51,861 nt of DNA from an uncultured Candidatus Saccharibacteria bacterium (GCA_964413015.1 CAYPQZ010000009.1:1-51861), one strand, 5' to 3'. Shown: positions 27,452-37,251, counted from the first letter of the stretch. Made by a program: numbers and translations. The notes: generated by a model from the letters alone, not told the origin.

Positions 27452-28407
27452 AATTTTAAGGTTAAACCTGTCTTGCCTAAAGCTCTTTTTATCTCAATAA
27501 TGCCTTTTGATCCAATCCCTTCAATTTTCTCTAAATCTTCTCTTTTTTTTCTGACCAAACCGGCTACCGTTTTTATCCCGGCATTGCTTAAAACGCTGAT
27601 AATCCGGGAGGAAATTTTGAGACTTTCTATTTTCGTCTTGATGACCTCGGCTTTTTTGGTAGCCGGCTCTTTTTTTTCTTTTTTCTTGCTGACTACGGTT
27701 TTCTTCTTATTAACATCTGGCTTGCTTTTTAAAAGAGTAAAAACGTTAAATGTGTTAACTAAGATTTGAGCCGCTTTGAGAAACGCTTCTTTAGGAGTAA
27801 TTGTCCCGTCAGTCTCTATGTTTATCTTCAAGCGGTCATAGTTGGTTTTTTCTCCTACTCGCATATTTTCTATAGAAGAATTAACTTTACGAACTGGACT
27901 GAAAATAGCGTCAACGGCGATTTTACTTACTTCCAATTTCCCTTTTTTTTGCTGTTCAGTAGGCAAATAGCCCAGACCAGACTCCACTTCAATTTCCATT
28001 TCTAGTTCCGCCTTATTGTTAGTCAAAGTAGCAATGTGAATATCTTTATTAACTATCTCTACACCCGAGACTTCTTTAATATCTTTGGATTTAACTTCTT
28101 TTTCGCCTTTTGCTTTAAGAGTCAACCTAACTGGCTTATCAGTAGCATGCATCTTAAACCTTATTTGCTTAAGATTTAGGATAATCTGAACAACATCTTC
28201 AATAACATAAGGGATAGTTGAGAACTCATGTTGAACGCCTTTTATCTTAACGCCGGTCACCGCTGTTCCGGGCAGAGATGACAGAAGAACCCGACGAAAA
28301 GCATTGCCCAAAGTTGTTCCGTATCCTGGATAACAAGCTTCAATTTCAAAAACCGCCTCGTTTCCTTTTTGCTCAATTATTTTTGGTTTATTTGGTAAAG
28401 TAAGCAT
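27448..28407 (-). CDS. rpoA: RNA polymerase subunit alpha
   Basis: GYGTTLGNAFRRVLLSSLPG, HEFSTI, DAIFSPV, alpha-CTD. Confidence 0.97.
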   Translation of the reverse strand: MLTLPNKPKIIEQKGNEAVFEIEACYPGYGTTLGNAFRRVLLSSLPGTAVTGVKIKGVQHEFSTIPYVIEDVVQIILNLKQIRFKMHATDKPVRLTLKAKGEKEVKSKDIKEVSGVEIVNKDIHIATLTNNKAELEMEIEVESGLGYLPTEQQKKGKLEVSKIAVDAIFSPVRKVNSSIENMRVGEKTNYDRLKINIETDGTITPKEAFLKAAQILVNTFNVFTLLKSKPDVNKKKTVVSKKKEKKEPATKKAEVIKTKIESLKISSRIISVLSNAGIKTVAGLVRKKREDLEKIEGIGSKGIIEIKRALGKTGLTLKL

Positions 28408-28413
28408 AGAATG

Positions 28414-28520
28414 TAATTTTTAATTTTTAATTTTACCTGCCCGCAATGCAAAGCGTAGCTTTGACAGATGGGTAAATAAATCTTAATTTTTAATTTTTAA
28501 ATATCGAAACATTAGAAATT
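28414..28520. repeat. AT-rich periodic element carrying a nested 37-bp GC-richer insert (28436-28472)
   Basis: Shares an identical 29-mer with 29180-29208; the insert is absent from that sister copy. Confidence 0.65.
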
Positions 28521-29144
28521 TTATCTTGAATAATATTCAATAATCATACTTATTTCACCGACTTCTCTTAAGTTTTCTACTTGAGGCTCATTTTTTACCT
28601 CGCCCTGGAATTTCTTTTTGTCTAAAGCAAGCCATACCGGAACTTTATGCTTTTTAAGCTGCGCTTCGATATCTTTAAAAAGAGAAAGTTTTTCGTTTCC
28701 TTTTTTAATTCCAATGAGGTCGCCTTTTTTGACCTGGTAAGAAGGAATATTCACTTTGCGTTGATTAACTAGAAGATGTCCGTGACTGACCATCTGCCTG
28801 GCTAATCTTCTTGATTTAGCCCAGCCTAAACGGAAAACAACATTGTCTAAACGGGCTTCCAATTTTTTAATAAACAACTCCTCTTTATCTCCTCTCTGCC
28901 TAATTATTTCTTTGAAATACTTCTTAAATTGGTGATCGGAAACTCCATAAGTATAACGGACTTTTTGCTTCTCAGCCAATTGATGTCCATATTCCGATAT
29001 TCTTTTTTTAAAAGATTTCCCGTGAGCGCCAGGCGCGTAAGGTCGACGCGTTAAAGCACATTTCTGACTAAAACAACGTTCTCCTTTAAGGAAAAGCTTT
29101 TGTCCGGCCCTTCTGCATTTTTTACATTTAGAATCAAGCAACAT
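28521..29144 (-). CDS. rpsD: 30S ribosomal protein S4
   Basis: CKKCRR...LFLKGERC, SEYG.QL.EKQK, LE.RLDNVVFRLG, ARQMVSHGH. Confidence 0.97.
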   Translation of the reverse strand: MLLDSKCKKCRRAGQKLFLKGERCFSQKCALTRRPYAPGAHGKSFKKRISEYGHQLAEKQKVRYTYGVSDHQFKKYFKEIIRQRGDKEELFIKKLEARLDNVVFRLGWAKSRRLARQMVSHGHLLVNQRKVNIPSYQVKKGDLIGIKKGNEKLSLFKDIEAQLKKHKVPVWLALDKKKFQGEVKNEPQVENLREVGEISMIIEYYSR

Positions 29145-29146
29145 GA

Positions 29147-29265
29147 ATTAAAATTTTTAATTTCCAATTTTTAATTTTATAAATAAATCTTAATTTTTAA
29201 TTTTTAAACATTAAGACATTAGAAATTATTTAAAAATTATAAAATTATAAAATTAGAAATTAAAT
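29147..29265. repeat. AT-rich, roughly 7-nt-periodic intergenic element
   Basis: TTTTTAA/TTTCCAA units followed by AAATTAT/AAATTAG units; sister of 28414-28520. Confidence 0.6.
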
Positions 29266-29736
29266 CTACACTCTTCTTGGTTTACGCGGGCGGCAGCCAT
29301 TATGAGGCACGGGAGTAATATCTTTAATTCGGCTAATTTCTATGCCGTGATTGACAAAAGCACGAATTGCCGGGTCTCGGCCACTGCCGACTCCTTTAAC
29401 AAAAATTGAAATTTCTCTAATATTCGCGCCTTTAACTTTTTCCAGCAAGGATTCAACTACTTTAGAAGCAGCAAAAGGAGTGGCTTTTTTAGGACCCTTA
29501 AAACCAACCGCCCCTGAACTGGACCAGGCAATAACTTGTCCCTGTACGTCAGTCAAGGTGACAATTGTATTGTTATAGGTTGACTGGATATAGGCCTTAG
29601 AGCCCTGGATCTGACCAAGCTTATTCTTGTTTTTTAGCTCCCCAGGTTTAACAGACTGAGCAATTTTTTTCTCAGTCGCTTCGGTCTCTTTCAAAATCTC
29701 ATCTTCGGTTTTTTTGATAATTCTTTTTTTCCCCAT
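29266..29736 (-). CDS. rpsK: 30S ribosomal protein S11 (start corrected to ATG 29736)
   Basis: STYNNTIVT.TD, GFKG.KK.TPFAA, DITPVPHNGCRP.K.RRV. Confidence 0.96.
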   Translation of the reverse strand: MGKKRIIKKTEDEILKETEATEKKIAQSVKPGELKNKNKLGQIQGSKAYIQSTYNNTIVTLTDVQGQVIAWSSSGAVGFKGPKKATPFAASKVVESLLEKVKGANIREISIFVKGVGSGRDPAIRAFVNHGIEISRIKDITPVPHNGCRPRKPRRV

Positions 29737-29782
29737 GTAAAATTTATTTAAATTACGGCTTTCAAAATTCAGACAAAGCCCT

Positions 29783-30172
29783 TTAAGTTTTTTCAGCGGC
29801 TTTCTTGCGCCCGCTGCCAATAGTCTTTCTAACATTGCCGCGGACCGTCCTGGTGTTTGTTTTAGTTCGCTGCCCTCTGACTGGCAAACCCTTGCTATGT
29901 CTTATCCCTCGATAACAGCCAATGTCCTTTAAACGTTTAATGCCAAGCATTTTTTCCCGTCTTAATTCTCCTTCTGCTTTATAGTTCTTTTCTATAATTT
30001 CACGCAATAAATTAATCTCTTTTTCCGTTAATTTGTTTGTCTTGGTATCAGCATTTATTTTGGCTTGGGATAAGATTTTTTTACTCAAAGAATGCCCTAT
30101 GCCGTAAACATAAGTTAAAGCAATTTCTATTCTTTTGTTTTCGGGAATATTAACCCCGGCTATTCTTGGCAT
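29783..30172 (-). CDS. rpsM: 30S ribosomal protein S13
   Basis: [30 protein letters not shown]. Confidence 0.98.
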   Translation of the reverse strand: MPRIAGVNIPENKRIEIALTYVYGIGHSLSKKILSQAKINADTKTNKLTEKEINLLREIIEKNYKAEGELRREKMLGIKRLKDIGCYRGIRHSKGLPVRGQRTKTNTRTVRGNVRKTIGSGRKKAAEKT

Positions 30173-30190
30173 AAGAATTAAAAATTTTAT

Positions 30191-30307
30191 TCAGCCTTGT
30201 CTTTGTTTATGCTTAGGGTTTTTCTTACATATAACATAAACCCGACCTTTCCGTCGGACAATTTTACAATTAGCGCAAATTTTTTTAACCGAAGCGCGCA
30301 CTTTCAT
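30191..30307 (-). CDS. rpmJ: 50S ribosomal protein L36 (38 aa, below the ORF-track cutoff)
   Basis: Manual translation [38 protein letters not shown], located between infA and rpsM. Confidence 0.97.
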   Translation of the reverse strand: MKVRASVKKICANCKIVRRKGRVYVICKKNPKHKQRQG

Positions 30308-30310
30308 AAT

Positions 30311-30532
30311 TTACTTCTCTCGGTAAACAATCCTTCCTTTAGTTTCGTCGTAAGGACTCATTTCCATTTTTACTTTATCGCCTACAATCACTCTGATACG
30401 ATACAAACGCATCTTCCCTGAAAGATGAGCTAAAATCTCATTCCCATCGTTCAATCTGACCTTAAAATTAAGATTAGGCAAACTTTCAATTACAACTCCT
30501 TCTTGACTGATTGTTTTTTTCGATTGAGGCAC
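30311..30532 (-). CDS. infA: Translation initiation factor IF-1
   Basis: [22 protein letters not shown]...GD.V..E.SPYD..KGRI.YR; GTG start. Confidence 0.97.
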   Translation of the reverse strand: MPQSKKTISQEGVVIESLPNLNFKVRLNDGNEILAHLSGKMRLYRIRVIVGDKVKMEMSPYDETKGRIVYREK

Positions 30533-30538
30533 TTTTAT

Positions 30539-30567
30539 ATCTTAAACTATAGAAAAAAATTAGTCAA
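30539..30567 (-). promoter_or_regulatory. Leaderless-type promoter of the infA-rpsI operon
   Basis: TTGACT-N17-TAAGAT-N6-GTG(30532). Confidence 0.65.
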
Positions 30568-30607
30568 CACTACGTCTTTCTAAGTGGCAAAAGACGAATC
30601 AAGCATT

Positions 30608-32422
30608 TTATTCTGGGAAAGGCGCGGAGTCAATAATTATTTTAATCTTCTCTTCCTGAAACGGCACCCGCTTTACCCAGAATGGCCAAAAACTAACTTT
30701 AGCTTCTTGAATTTTATCCAAGCTGCCCAAATAACCTCTTACATCTAGCTCATTCAATCCAGCCAAATCTTTCTTTAACGACTGAACATCTATTTTCCAA
30801 GAGACCTTCTCTTTAATAGACAAAGAGAAAAATGCTTCTTGTTTGTCCCAATCAATAGTCAAATCGTCTATTTCTATCTGCTGTGTTTCTGAAATAACAA
30901 CTTTATCATCGGGAATTTGTGAAGCAATATTCAGATCGACTAAATTTTTCAAATCTTCTTCTTTGTAAAGAAAAGCGCTAATGGTTACCTTTATTTCTAA
31001 GGTGAAGCTTTCTGCCTCATCTCCTTCGTTCTTGCTGGCAGAACTTTTTTCCGCTTTTTCTTTTAGATCCTCTTCAATTACTTTTAAATCAGTCGGGATT
31101 TGTTCTTGAAAGGCCTGCTTGGCCTCATTTTTAGCTTCTTGAGTTAATCTCTTTTCTGCTTCTTCAAGATCTTCAGCAGAGACCACTTTAATCTTGCCTA
31201 CGTAACCGCCTTCCATACTATTTTCCGATTTGCCGTAGAAACTGGCAAATTTAGGAGACCCCTTAAAACCCGGAATGGTAAAATCAGTCGGTCCGATATT
31301 ATAACTATCTCCCGGCTGATCGGCAACAACTTCTACTTTTATACTGCTGGAAACAATTTTACCTTCCTGAATTTTGGCTCCCGGGACCGTAATCGCTTTG
31401 ATTGTTCTGAAAATCTTCCCTTCCGGCGACTCAAAACGAGTTCCAACTAACAAAGGCTGAGGATCAGAACTGTACTCGTTATAGATAGTGATATATCCTT
31501 TTGCCTTTTCGCTAATTTGTTTTTCGCCAGTAGTTTGAAATTCTCTTTCCTTTATTTTTTCCACCTCTATTTCCTGCAACGGAATCTTATTTAAGCTTTC
31601 ATTAATCTGAGAAATTTCCCGAGAACCAACAATTGACAAATCCAAATTTACCTCTTCCGTTTTTGGAGAAATAACTATCTCAGTAGTCGGCAAAATCAAA
31701 TAGCTTACTAAACCAGCAATTAGAAAAGTTATGATAATAAAAGCAGCTAAAAATTTAGGCCATTTCGAATGAGTCGAAGTTTGCCTGGCTAAAAGATTTT
31801 CATCTTCCGAAGACAAGGATTCATTTAAAATTTCTGTTTTGCCTCCCAAAGGCATTTTTTCAACCGGAATTTCTTTTTCAACTGGCTCTCGATAAGGAGA
31901 ACTAATTTTAACTCGCTTAGACGGATTAACAATGTCAACCATTTTTCTTTTCTTAATTCGAGACGTAAAATCGGGCATTGAAGATTCCTGTTTTTTCTTT
32001 TTTGACTTAAAGAAAGAAAACGGCCGGCTTAATTTTTCTCCAGGCTTCAATTCTTTAACCAAATATTCAATCATATCTCTCTTGCTCTTTTTAGCTTCCC
32101 TAAATTCTTCTTCAATCTCAACTTCCTCTTCAAATTCAGGATTTTGTTCTTCACGGATTGTTTCTACTGGAATATCCTTTTCTTTTTTAACTTCAAATCC
32201 TATTTTCTCAGCTATTTCAACATCCAAGCCATTCGGGACAACCAAAGTTATTTTTTTATTCAAATTATCTGCTTCTCTTTTAAGCAGTCGCAAATTAATC
32301 GAACTCTGCCAAATCTGGGCATTGGCAGGAATAATTAAATTAATCTCTTTCTCTTCAGCGCTAATCAGCCGATCAATAAGAGAGACTATTTCTTCGTTAG
32401 GTTCAATATATATGTTTTCCAT
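30608..32422 (-). CDS. Bitopic membrane protein with baseplate-J-like extracytoplasmic region
   Basis: Globular N-domain, charged linker, one TM (KWPKFLAAFIIITFLIAGLVSYLIL), then A.G.ITIYN...GTRF...G..F, V.A...G..YNI pattern recalled from baseplate-J-like proteins. Confidence 0.65.
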   Translation of the reverse strand: MENIYIEPNEEIVSLIDRLISAEEKEINLIIPANAQIWQSSINLRLLKREADNLNKKITLVVPNGLDVEIAEKIGFEVKKEKDIPVETIREEQNPEFEEEVEIEEEFREAKKSKRDMIEYLVKELKPGEKLSRPFSFFKSKKKKQESSMPDFTSRIKKRKMVDIVNPSKRVKISSPYREPVEKEIPVEKMPLGGKTEILNESLSSEDENLLARQTSTHSKWPKFLAAFIIITFLIAGLVSYLILPTTEIVISPKTEEVNLDLSIVGSREISQINESLNKIPLQEIEVEKIKEREFQTTGEKQISEKAKGYITIYNEYSSDPQPLLVGTRFESPEGKIFRTIKAITVPGAKIQEGKIVSSSIKVEVVADQPGDSYNIGPTDFTIPGFKGSPKFASFYGKSENSMEGGYVGKIKVVSAEDLEEAEKRLTQEAKNEAKQAFQEQIPTDLKVIEEDLKEKAEKSSASKNEGDEAESFTLEIKVTISAFLYKEEDLKNLVDLNIASQIPDDKVVISETQQIEIDDLTIDWDKQEAFFSLSIKEKVSWKIDVQSLKKDLAGLNELDVRGYLGSLDKIQEAKVSFWPFWVKRVPFQEEKIKIIIDSAPFPE

Positions 32423-32423
32423 G

Positions 32424-33743
32424 CTATCTCATCATCCTAATTACTCGACGCAAGATAGGAGACATAACGCCTTCTTTTTCAACGGCCAGCTCTAAAGCTA
32501 AGTTGGCCAGCGCCAAAGGAGTAATATTCTCCGGACCTTTTAGTAGGCCGGTCCGGTCAAGGATATTCCCTATCTGATTGGAACGGATAAACTTTATTTG
32601 CAAAGGATTAACAAACGGAAATTTTTTCATCCATTCCTGCTGAACAATTTCTTTCTTTAAAATATTTTTAATTCCGGGTAACAGGCTTCCTCCGCCGCAA
32701 AGCAAAATTGTGGAAGGGAAGAAATGAACATATTCCTCTTGAGATTCTTTGTCGGGCTGGATTTGATTAAATTCTTCTAAAACTAAATCAACTCCGTCCA
32801 GCCAAATGGCAATATCTTTTCTAAGAATATCTCCAATCTTGCGATGAACGCTTGTGCTAAATTGACGATTAGAATATTTTATTTTCATTTCCTCGGCCTC
32901 GTTTACTCCAAGGCCGAATTCACGGCAAAGCCGTTTAGTAAAAGTCCGACCTGCTAGGGCAAAGCTTTTGATTCCTTCCACCCTACCCTGACGAACCAGA
33001 GCAATATCAGTTGTCCCTCCGCCAATATCAATAAAGACGGCTCCGCTTCCGGGATTAAAGCTTGATGTTTTTGTTAAGGCATACGGCTCAGCGGCAATAG
33101 AAATCAATTTTATTCCTAATTTCTCAGCGATATTTTCCAGAGCGCTTAAATGGACTAATGGCGCGTAAATATTAAATATGCTCAAAAAAACCTCTTTGCC
33201 CTGAAAATCCAACGGATTGGTCACTTCGTAATTATCAATGCGGATTTCCGGAATCAGAGCATTAACCAATCTAATTTCAATTTCCGGCTGACCGGTTTCT
33301 AAAGATAACTGGGAACGAATTTTATCAAAGGCACGCCACTGAATTTTCTGAATGATATTCTTCATTTCGGCCAAATCAATCCTTTCTTCCGGATTACCCC
33401 TTTGGTAGACAAAGTTAGTAGTCGCTCCTTTAATAAATTCCCCGGCAATACCAATGACCGCTTTATCAGGTTTTGTCCGTGACATTCTAGCAGCTTTCTC
33501 AAAGGCCTTTTTGCAGATAAAAGAAACTCCGTCAATATTAGCAACCGCTCCGGCCCGCATATTGTTAACCGACTGCCTTTCACGACCAACGCCAATTACC
33601 AAGCCCTGTTCCTTTATTTTATCATCCTCAACGAAATTCTTGTCTATTTCCAGAATCAGCGCCTTGATGAACTCAGTACCAATGTCTAATACTAATAAAT
33701 GCTCTTTTTTTGGCCGAGACCTTTTTCTAAAAAACAATCCCAT
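32424..33743 (-). CDS. FtsA-like actin-fold ATPase
   Basis: LDIGTEFIKA, GIAGE, AEPYA, IDIGGGTTDIA, AEEMK, LCGGGS.LPG; no ftsZ adjacent. Confidence 0.8.
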   Translation of the reverse strand: MGLFFRKRSRPKKEHLLVLDIGTEFIKALILEIDKNFVEDDKIKEQGLVIGVGRERQSVNNMRAGAVANIDGVSFICKKAFEKAARMSRTKPDKAVIGIAGEFIKGATTNFVYQRGNPEERIDLAEMKNIIQKIQWRAFDKIRSQLSLETGQPEIEIRLVNALIPEIRIDNYEVTNPLDFQGKEVFLSIFNIYAPLVHLSALENIAEKLGIKLISIAAEPYALTKTSSFNPGSGAVFIDIGGGTTDIALVRQGRVEGIKSFALAGRTFTKRLCREFGLGVNEAEEMKIKYSNRQFSTSVHRKIGDILRKDIAIWLDGVDLVLEEFNQIQPDKESQEEYVHFFPSTILLCGGGSLLPGIKNILKKEIVQQEWMKKFPFVNPLQIKFIRSNQIGNILDRTGLLKGPENITPLALANLALELAVEKEGVMSPILRRVIRMMR

Positions 33744-33749
33744 ATTGAT

Positions 33750-33778
33750 ATTTTACAACAAATCTGGATTAACAACAA
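33750..33778 (-). promoter_or_regulatory. Leaderless-type promoter of the FtsA-like gene
   Basis: TTGTTG-N17-TAAAAT-N6-ATG(33743). Confidence 0.5.
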
Positions 33779-33797
33779 CCGAAACTGTGAATAATAA

Positions 33798-35552
33798 CTA
33801 TTTCAAAACCGCTTTAATCCGGCGCACCCCTGCCGAACTGGATTGTTCTTTAGTAATTTTGAAATGGCCCAGTTGGCCGGTTCGTTCAACATGCGGCCCG
33901 GCGCAAATTTCTTTAGAAACCCCTTCTACAGAATAGACTTTAACACGCTGGCCGTACTTAGACTCAAAAACACCCATGGCGCCTTGTTTTTTGGCTTCGT
34001 CCAAGCTCATTTCCTCGCATTTGACCGGCAAATCTTTGGCAATCGCTTCATTAACCAACTTTTCAATTTCTTGTTTTTGCTCATTGGCCAGTTTCTCCGG
34101 ATGGGAAAAATCAAAACGCAATCGTTCCGGAGTAATGTTGCTCCCTTTCTGAGTAACGTGCCCGCCTAAAACTTTGCGCAAAGCCGCTAAGAGCAAATGG
34201 GCCGCGGTATGCAGTTTCTTGGTTTCCTCACTACTGTCAGCTAAGCCGCTTTTGAACTTGCCGGCGGCGGCTGTCCGGGAAAGTTCCTGGTGTTTTTTAA
34301 GCTCTTCTTTAAACTCTGCTTCATTAACTTCCATTTTCCTTTCTTTGGCTAATTCCTTAATCATCTCTATAGGAAAACCATAGGTCTGATAAAGGTTAAA
34401 CGCGTTTTTACCGTTAATTTCTCTAAGCTTATTAAATTCTCTTTCACCTTTTTCCAAAGTCCGTTTGAATTTAGTTTCTTCTTCACCCAAATTATTCAAG
34501 ATAAATTCTTTGTTTTTCTCCAATTCCGGATAAATTTCATGATAATCTTCAATAGTCACTTTGGATAGCTCCTTGGTCCATAGGTCATCCTTAATCTCAA
34601 GCTGGCGTCCGTAACGAACCGCCCGTCTGATAAGCCGCCGGACCACATACCCCTGATCAAGATTTGAGGGGGTAATTCCTTTATCGTCGCCCATAATGAA
34701 GACAGCCGCTTTAATATGGTCAGCGATAATCCTGATTACTCTAGTTATTTCATCTGATTCTCCACATCTCTTATCTGACAAATCTTCTATTTTTTTAACT
34801 TGGTTAATAAACAATTCTGTTTGATAATCGTCGTCCAGTCCGTTTAAAACCGCTAAAGTCCTTTCTAATCCCATGCCAGTATCTACATTCTTCTGCTTTA
34901 GCGGTTCAAATTTGCCTTCGCCCGTCTTATTATATTCCATAAAAACATCATTCCAGATTTCTACCCAGCGGGTATCTTGAGGGTTAAAATCCTGCGGAGC
35001 CGGCTGATTATTATCATTCCAGTAAAACATTTCGGTATCTGGGCCGCAAGGGCCGGTCTGCCCGGCTGGACCCCACCAGTTGTCGTCTTCCCCCAATTTT
35101 ACAATCCGCTGCTCCGAAATTCCTAATGATTTCCAGATATCCATGGACTCCTTATCCAAAGGCGCATTTTCGTCGCCCTGAAAAACAGAAACCGCCAAAC
35201 GTTCAATTGGAATCTTTAAATGCTGGGTCAAAAATTCAAGACTCAAGGCAATCGCTTCTTTTTTAAAATAGTCGCCCAAAGACCAATTACCTAACATTTC
35301 AAAAAAGGTGTGATGGTAAGCATCGCCAATTTCATTAATATCTATGGTTCGGATGCATTTCTGAACACTTACTAGTTTTCTGCCTTGAGGATGCGGCTCG
35401 CCCATTAAATACGGAACCAGAGGATGCATACCGGCGGAAATAAAAAGGGTGGTCGGATCATTCTCCGGAATTAAAGAAGCGCTGGGAATAACAGCGTGGC
35501 TCTTGGATTTAAAAAAGTCCAAATATTTATTTCTTAATTCTTGAGCAGTCAT
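33798..35552 (-). CDS. alaS: Alanine--tRNA ligase, short form lacking the C-Ala domain
   Basis: DPTTLF.SAGM, HHTFFEMLGNWS.GDYFK, GPCGP, DTGMGLER, editing HTAAH and CAGPH; ends at GVRRIKAVLK. Confidence 0.97.
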   Translation of the reverse strand: MTAQELRNKYLDFFKSKSHAVIPSASLIPENDPTTLFISAGMHPLVPYLMGEPHPQGRKLVSVQKCIRTIDINEIGDAYHHTFFEMLGNWSLGDYFKKEAIALSLEFLTQHLKIPIERLAVSVFQGDENAPLDKESMDIWKSLGISEQRIVKLGEDDNWWGPAGQTGPCGPDTEMFYWNDNNQPAPQDFNPQDTRWVEIWNDVFMEYNKTGEGKFEPLKQKNVDTGMGLERTLAVLNGLDDDYQTELFINQVKKIEDLSDKRCGESDEITRVIRIIADHIKAAVFIMGDDKGITPSNLDQGYVVRRLIRRAVRYGRQLEIKDDLWTKELSKVTIEDYHEIYPELEKNKEFILNNLGEEETKFKRTLEKGEREFNKLREINGKNAFNLYQTYGFPIEMIKELAKERKMEVNEAEFKEELKKHQELSRTAAAGKFKSGLADSSEETKKLHTAAHLLLAALRKVLGGHVTQKGSNITPERLRFDFSHPEKLANEQKQEIEKLVNEAIAKDLPVKCEEMSLDEAKKQGAMGVFESKYGQRVKVYSVEGVSKEICAGPHVERTGQLGHFKITKEQSSSAGVRRIKAVLK

Positions 35553-35557
35553 AATTT

Positions 35558-36997
35558 TTAGACTAATGGTTCTGGTTCTTTGTTATCTTCCCTGTCTTGT
35601 TTAGAACGGCCGATAGCTTCTGTTGTTTCAGTTTCCTCCTTTATTCTTTCCTCTTTTTCCAATTTACTTCTTACTTCCTCTAAAGAGAGAGCATATTTAT
35701 TTCTGCTTTGTTCTATTATCTTCTCCCGAAAGGAACTATGAGCCGCTGATAAGACCTTAAGCGTCTCCGCGGAAAAAGGATCAAAGGTTTCGCCATCAAT
35801 AGTCATTTTAATGTAAAACTCCCGGATACCTAAATTAATCATATCCTCCGTTTCGAAAACCGGTTTCATTTCTGCAGCTAATTTTGACGCGTCATCTCCA
35901 CCGACACGGAAAACCGCAATCGTTCCAATATTTCCCAAAACTGTGGCCAAAACCTTTTCTAGTAACTGAGCCATATACTGATGAGCTACGGTTATACAAA
36001 GCCCGTATTTTCTCGACTCGGTAAACAAATTTTCAAAAGTTGTTGTAACCAAGTTATGGAACTCGTCCACGTAAAGATAAAAATCATTCCGCTCTTCTTC
36101 TTTCATAGACGCCCGAGCCATACCGGCCTGATAGAGTTTAGTAATAAACATTGAACCGAAAAAACTGCTGTTTTCCTCGCCTAATTTTCCCTTGGCTAAA
36201 TTTATCAACAGGATCTTCTTGCTGTTCATAATTTCCTCCAGATTAACCTTGTTCTCTTTCTGCCCAAAAATATTACGTAGTAAAGGATTGGAAAGAAATT
36301 GGCTTAGCTTATTAACCAGAGGAATTATCGCTTCAGTATCAAACTTTTCCGACCAATCGGCAAATTCAACCGCCCAGAACCTTTTAACCATATCGTCTTC
36401 AATATAATCAACCACTTTTTGGCGGTAATTTCGGTCAGTCAACATAGAAATCATGCCTCGCATAGTTGCTTCCGGATAATCTAGCAATGCCAAACAGGTA
36501 AATCTAAAAACATGCTCTAAACGGGGCGTCCAGTTGGAGCCAAACTGTTTTTCCAAAACTTCTAAAAGGCCTTGGGTCACTTGATGCTTTAGCTCCGGCC
36601 CGACATTCAAAAGCGGATTAAAAGAAACCGGGAAATCAGTATCTGATGGATCAATTAAAACCACATCATCAACTCTTTCCTGAGGGATAAAATCCAAAAT
36701 TGCCTCAATCAAATCACCATGAGGATCGATTAAACAAACTCCATACCCATAGGCAATATCCTGCCGAATTAAAAGTTCCAAAAACTTGCTTTTCCCCACG
36801 CCGCTTTTGCCAACCACGTAGATGTGCCTTCTTCTGTCTCCTCTTTTGATGCCGAAAATAAACTTTTTTTCTTCCAAAGCCGCTTCATAATTTGTCCGGC
36901 CAAAAAAAGAGCATTTTTTTGAATCCAATTTACCATAAACCGGTAATTCCGGCGGCGGCGGCGCGTATTTAATTTTACGAATTTTATCTCTAGACAT
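35558..36997 (-). CDS. VirD4/TraG/HerA-like P-loop ATPase (copy 2)
   Basis: RRHIYVVGKSGVGKS, IDPHGD, LYVDEF, ESRKY.L....AHQY. Confidence 0.85.
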   Translation of the reverse strand: MSRDKIRKIKYAPPPPELPVYGKLDSKKCSFFGRTNYEAALEEKKFIFGIKRGDRRRHIYVVGKSGVGKSKFLELLIRQDIAYGYGVCLIDPHGDLIEAILDFIPQERVDDVVLIDPSDTDFPVSFNPLLNVGPELKHQVTQGLLEVLEKQFGSNWTPRLEHVFRFTCLALLDYPEATMRGMISMLTDRNYRQKVVDYIEDDMVKRFWAVEFADWSEKFDTEAIIPLVNKLSQFLSNPLLRNIFGQKENKVNLEEIMNSKKILLINLAKGKLGEENSSFFGSMFITKLYQAGMARASMKEEERNDFYLYVDEFHNLVTTTFENLFTESRKYGLCITVAHQYMAQLLEKVLATVLGNIGTIAVFRVGGDDASKLAAEMKPVFETEDMINLGIREFYIKMTIDGETFDPFSAETLKVLSAAHSSFREKIIEQSRNKYALSLEEVRSKLEKEERIKEETETTEAIGRSKQDREDNKEPEPLV

Positions 36998-37050
36998 GCT
37001 ATTTTAATTATACCTTAAGATGGAGGGTAATTCCAGAAAAATTTTATGAT

Positions 37051-37244
37051 AATGACAGTCCTTAAGGAAATTTAAGGATTGTCATTGAGGATCACGTTCC
37101 TTTGCCGAAAGCAAGGGGCGTGTCCGCCTGTCCGCCTCTGGAGGAAAAGGACGACTCCTTAAATTTTAACAAGCTTCCATGATAAGAACAGTCTTTAAAA
37201 TGACGCCCTTGTGCTCAAGGGACATCATTTTAAGGACTGTACTT
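37051..37244. repeat. Composite REP/REPIN-like element (modules A+B), copy 2
   Basis: 37068-37244 is about 95 percent identical to 8057-8233. Confidence 0.9.
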
Positions 37245-37251
37245 TCTACTG

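Noticed and set aside
29737-29835. ORF-track N-terminal extensions of rpsK (also secF, the EamA gene and GT4 20485)
   Set aside because: They overlap upstream genes or repeats; downstream ATGs fit family starts better
30608-32422. Prophage or contractile injection system suggested by the baseplate-J-like region
   Set aside because: No other phage or tail genes; the protein has a TM helix and housekeeping neighbours
31932-32495. 187-aa plus-strand ORF and the many other short antisense ORFs in the track
   Set aside because: They are shadows of well-supported minus-strand genes, with Ser/Phe/Leu-rich composition typical of antisense frames
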